A DNA stretch of 62,897 bases, filler included, from Octopus bimaculoides (lineage: Eukaryota): NCBI RefSeq assembly GCF_001194135.2. It is 6 parts of 4 records of this genome, joined end to end, with 100 filler letters (N's around TTAATTAATTAA, not from the genome) between each part and the next. Parts side by side here need not be neighbours in the genome. Positions count along the whole stretch, not along the records: positions 57,395 to 62,897 come from NC_068981.1; 5 more parts are not named here. One strand, 5' to 3'. Positions 61,146 to 62,897 of this stretch are shown piece by piece. The notes below the pieces were generated by a model. The model had not been told where the DNA came from. It did not search any database and saw only the letters and a list, made by a program, of their open reading frames with translations. Made by a program: the position numbers and the translations under genes. Numbering within the stretch: position 1 is the first letter of the stretch; every line of letters begins with the position of its first letter.

Positions 61146-61300
61146 AGAAAACTGTAATGGTTGTGCCTATAATAATTAGTGCATTGGGAACTGTAAGTAA
61201 AGATATAGACAAATAGCTGAAGGAGAGTGGAGTAGAATATCCTGTAGAGCTTCCACAGAAAGTTTACCTCTTAGGGACAGAGAAGATTATCAGGTGGTGT
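61146..61300 (+). mobile_element. Extreme 3' coding end of an R4/Dong-like element, directly after (AAT)n
   Basis: KTVMVVPIIISALGTVSKDIDK*LKESGVEYPVELPQKVYLLGTEKIIR resembles VVPIIIGALGTV...LQKxxLLGTxxILR. Confidence 0.7.
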
Positions 61301-61594
61301 GAAGGGGTTCTAAGCACTTGAAAGATTATTGAAAGCTAGTGGATACCTAAGGTTATAACCCTCTGCCCATATAAACCCTGCAGGGAATAAGACCGAACCT
61401 GAGTCAAATCGATAATATTTTTTCTCTTATTATTGCCGCAAGGGCAATGAAACAGAAGATATGACATTTCAAAGAAGAGTTATAGACAACTAACAAATCC
61501 TTTAACCCCTTGGGGGTCGTTTTGGCGTTGTAGCCATGCAGCGTATCTAGAGCGAGAAAGCCTGTCGGAGCCCATCCCTCTCCAGGCTAAACAC

Positions 61595-61725
61595 ACTTCT
61601 ACAGCTGAGTGGACTGGAGCAACGTGAAATGAAATGTTTTGCTCAAGAACACAACGGATCGCCAGATCCAGGGATTGAAACCATAATCGTCATGAATCCA
61701 ACACCCTAACCACTAAGCCACTAAG
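61595..61725 (-). mobile_element. SINE family D 5' portion, reverse orientation
   Basis: Reverse complement: tggcttagtggttagggtgttgg...atggtttcaatccctgg...gttcttgagcaaaaca...ctccagtccactcagctg. Confidence 0.7.
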
Positions 61726-61792
61726 CTTCCCTAACCACTAAGCTTCCATTCAAGCGAATTAGTTGAATGAAAGGAAACAGGGGCAAAAATGT

Positions 61793-62897
61793 TATACACG
61801 GTATACACTTGTCTGATTCAATTCCCCGAGAGAAGGAACAACTTACAGATGAAAGATTATTCCTTCCATCTATTTACAAGCTTTTTAATCCCATCAGTGT
61901 AAAATTCTTTTGGTTTCAAAGCGAAGAACTCTGAAATGACAGCTTTGACCTCCTCCTGACTTGCGAAAGTTATGTCCCCCAAATGATTCTGTAAATTATG
62001 AAATAAATGGTAGTCTGAAGGAGCAAGGTCGGGAGAATAAGGTGGATGAGGAATTTTTTCCCAACCAATCTCTTCGATCTTCTGTGATGTGATCTTTGCA
62101 GTGTGGGGTCGCGCATTATCTTCATGAAACATCACTCCTTTCGATTCACTAAAGCGGGTCCTTTTTTATTCAAAGCTTGGTTCAAACGCTCTAATTGTTG
62201 ACAGTAGACTTGAGCATTGATTGTTGCATTAGGTGGTAACAATTCAAAGTGAATTACTCCTTTGCAATCCCACCATTAGAGAGAAGAAACTTTTTTCCAT
62301 GGAGTTCCCTTCTTGGTTGTGGTTGAGCTTTTTCCCTTTTACCAAGCCACTGTTTACGACGTTTAACATTTCGATAGAAGATCCATTTTATGTCACCAGT
62401 CACAAGTTTATCCAAAAAGTGTGAAATGAGTTCGCGAGAATGGAGAGAAGAGCAGATATGAACTCGGGATTTGCGGTTGCTTTCAGACAATTCATGAGGC
62501 ACTCATTTTCCAAGTTTAGGAACCTTTCCAAGTTGTTGAAAATGATGATGAAGAGTTGTATGGTTTGAACTAAGCTTATTGCCAATTCTTCAACTGATAA
62601 TGCAGGATTTTCTTCAAGTAATGCCTCAAGGAGCTTATCATCAAATTCAACTGGACGTCCTGTTCGATCTTCATCTTCAAGGCTGAAATCTCCACTTCTG
62701 AATTTTGCAAACCCTCTTCTGCAAGTTCTTTCGTTCAAGCATTCTTTCCCATAAACTGAGTGTATGTTTCGAGTCGCTTCGGCTGCAGAGTTTCCTTTTT
62801 TGTACTCATAAAGCATTATGTGCCTTAAATGCTCTTTTGATACTTCCATGTTAGAAAGAGTTTTAATCAAAGAGATTTTGATTCTATTATTCTGTAA
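61793..62897 (-). mobile_element. Mariner (DD34D) transposon, frameshifted transposase; 5' end lies beyond the window
   Basis: From ATG 62849: MEVSKEHLRHIMLYEYKKG...FAKFRSGDFSLEDEDRTGRP; MPHELSE; LVTGDIKWIFY; FHEDNARPH; HPPYSPDLAPSDYHLF. The pieces lie in different frames. Confidence 0.92.

Overview
This is an AT-rich, microsatellite-dense, gap-ridden animal genomic window. The repeat families look like those of an Octopus-type cephalopod; that assignment is an inference from recalled repeat sequences, not a database result. I found no supportable host protein-coding exon: nearly all long ORFs in the track come from microsatellites or N-runs. The only clearly intact genes are six tRNA-Asn(GTT) copies between 23.2 and 27.2 kb, with a seventh decayed copy among them. 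The rest is transposon debris: mariner and Tc1, CR1/L2-type, RTE, R4/Dong-type RLE LINEs, Penelope-like RT, a Helitron Rep fragment, several SINE-like families, and an 8-bp-TSD MITE with telomere-like repeats at its centre. The most notable observation is a motif-complete type I hammerhead ribozyme (28547-28632) inside a ~220-bp element embedded in (TA)n. A core-deleted sister copy with a different but still palindromic stem III, a second degenerate hammerhead (34429-34518) and a third remnant together suggest a family of ribozyme-bearing, retrozyme/Penelope-like small elements. Several fold-back and inverted-repeat structures could form dsRNA if transcribed.
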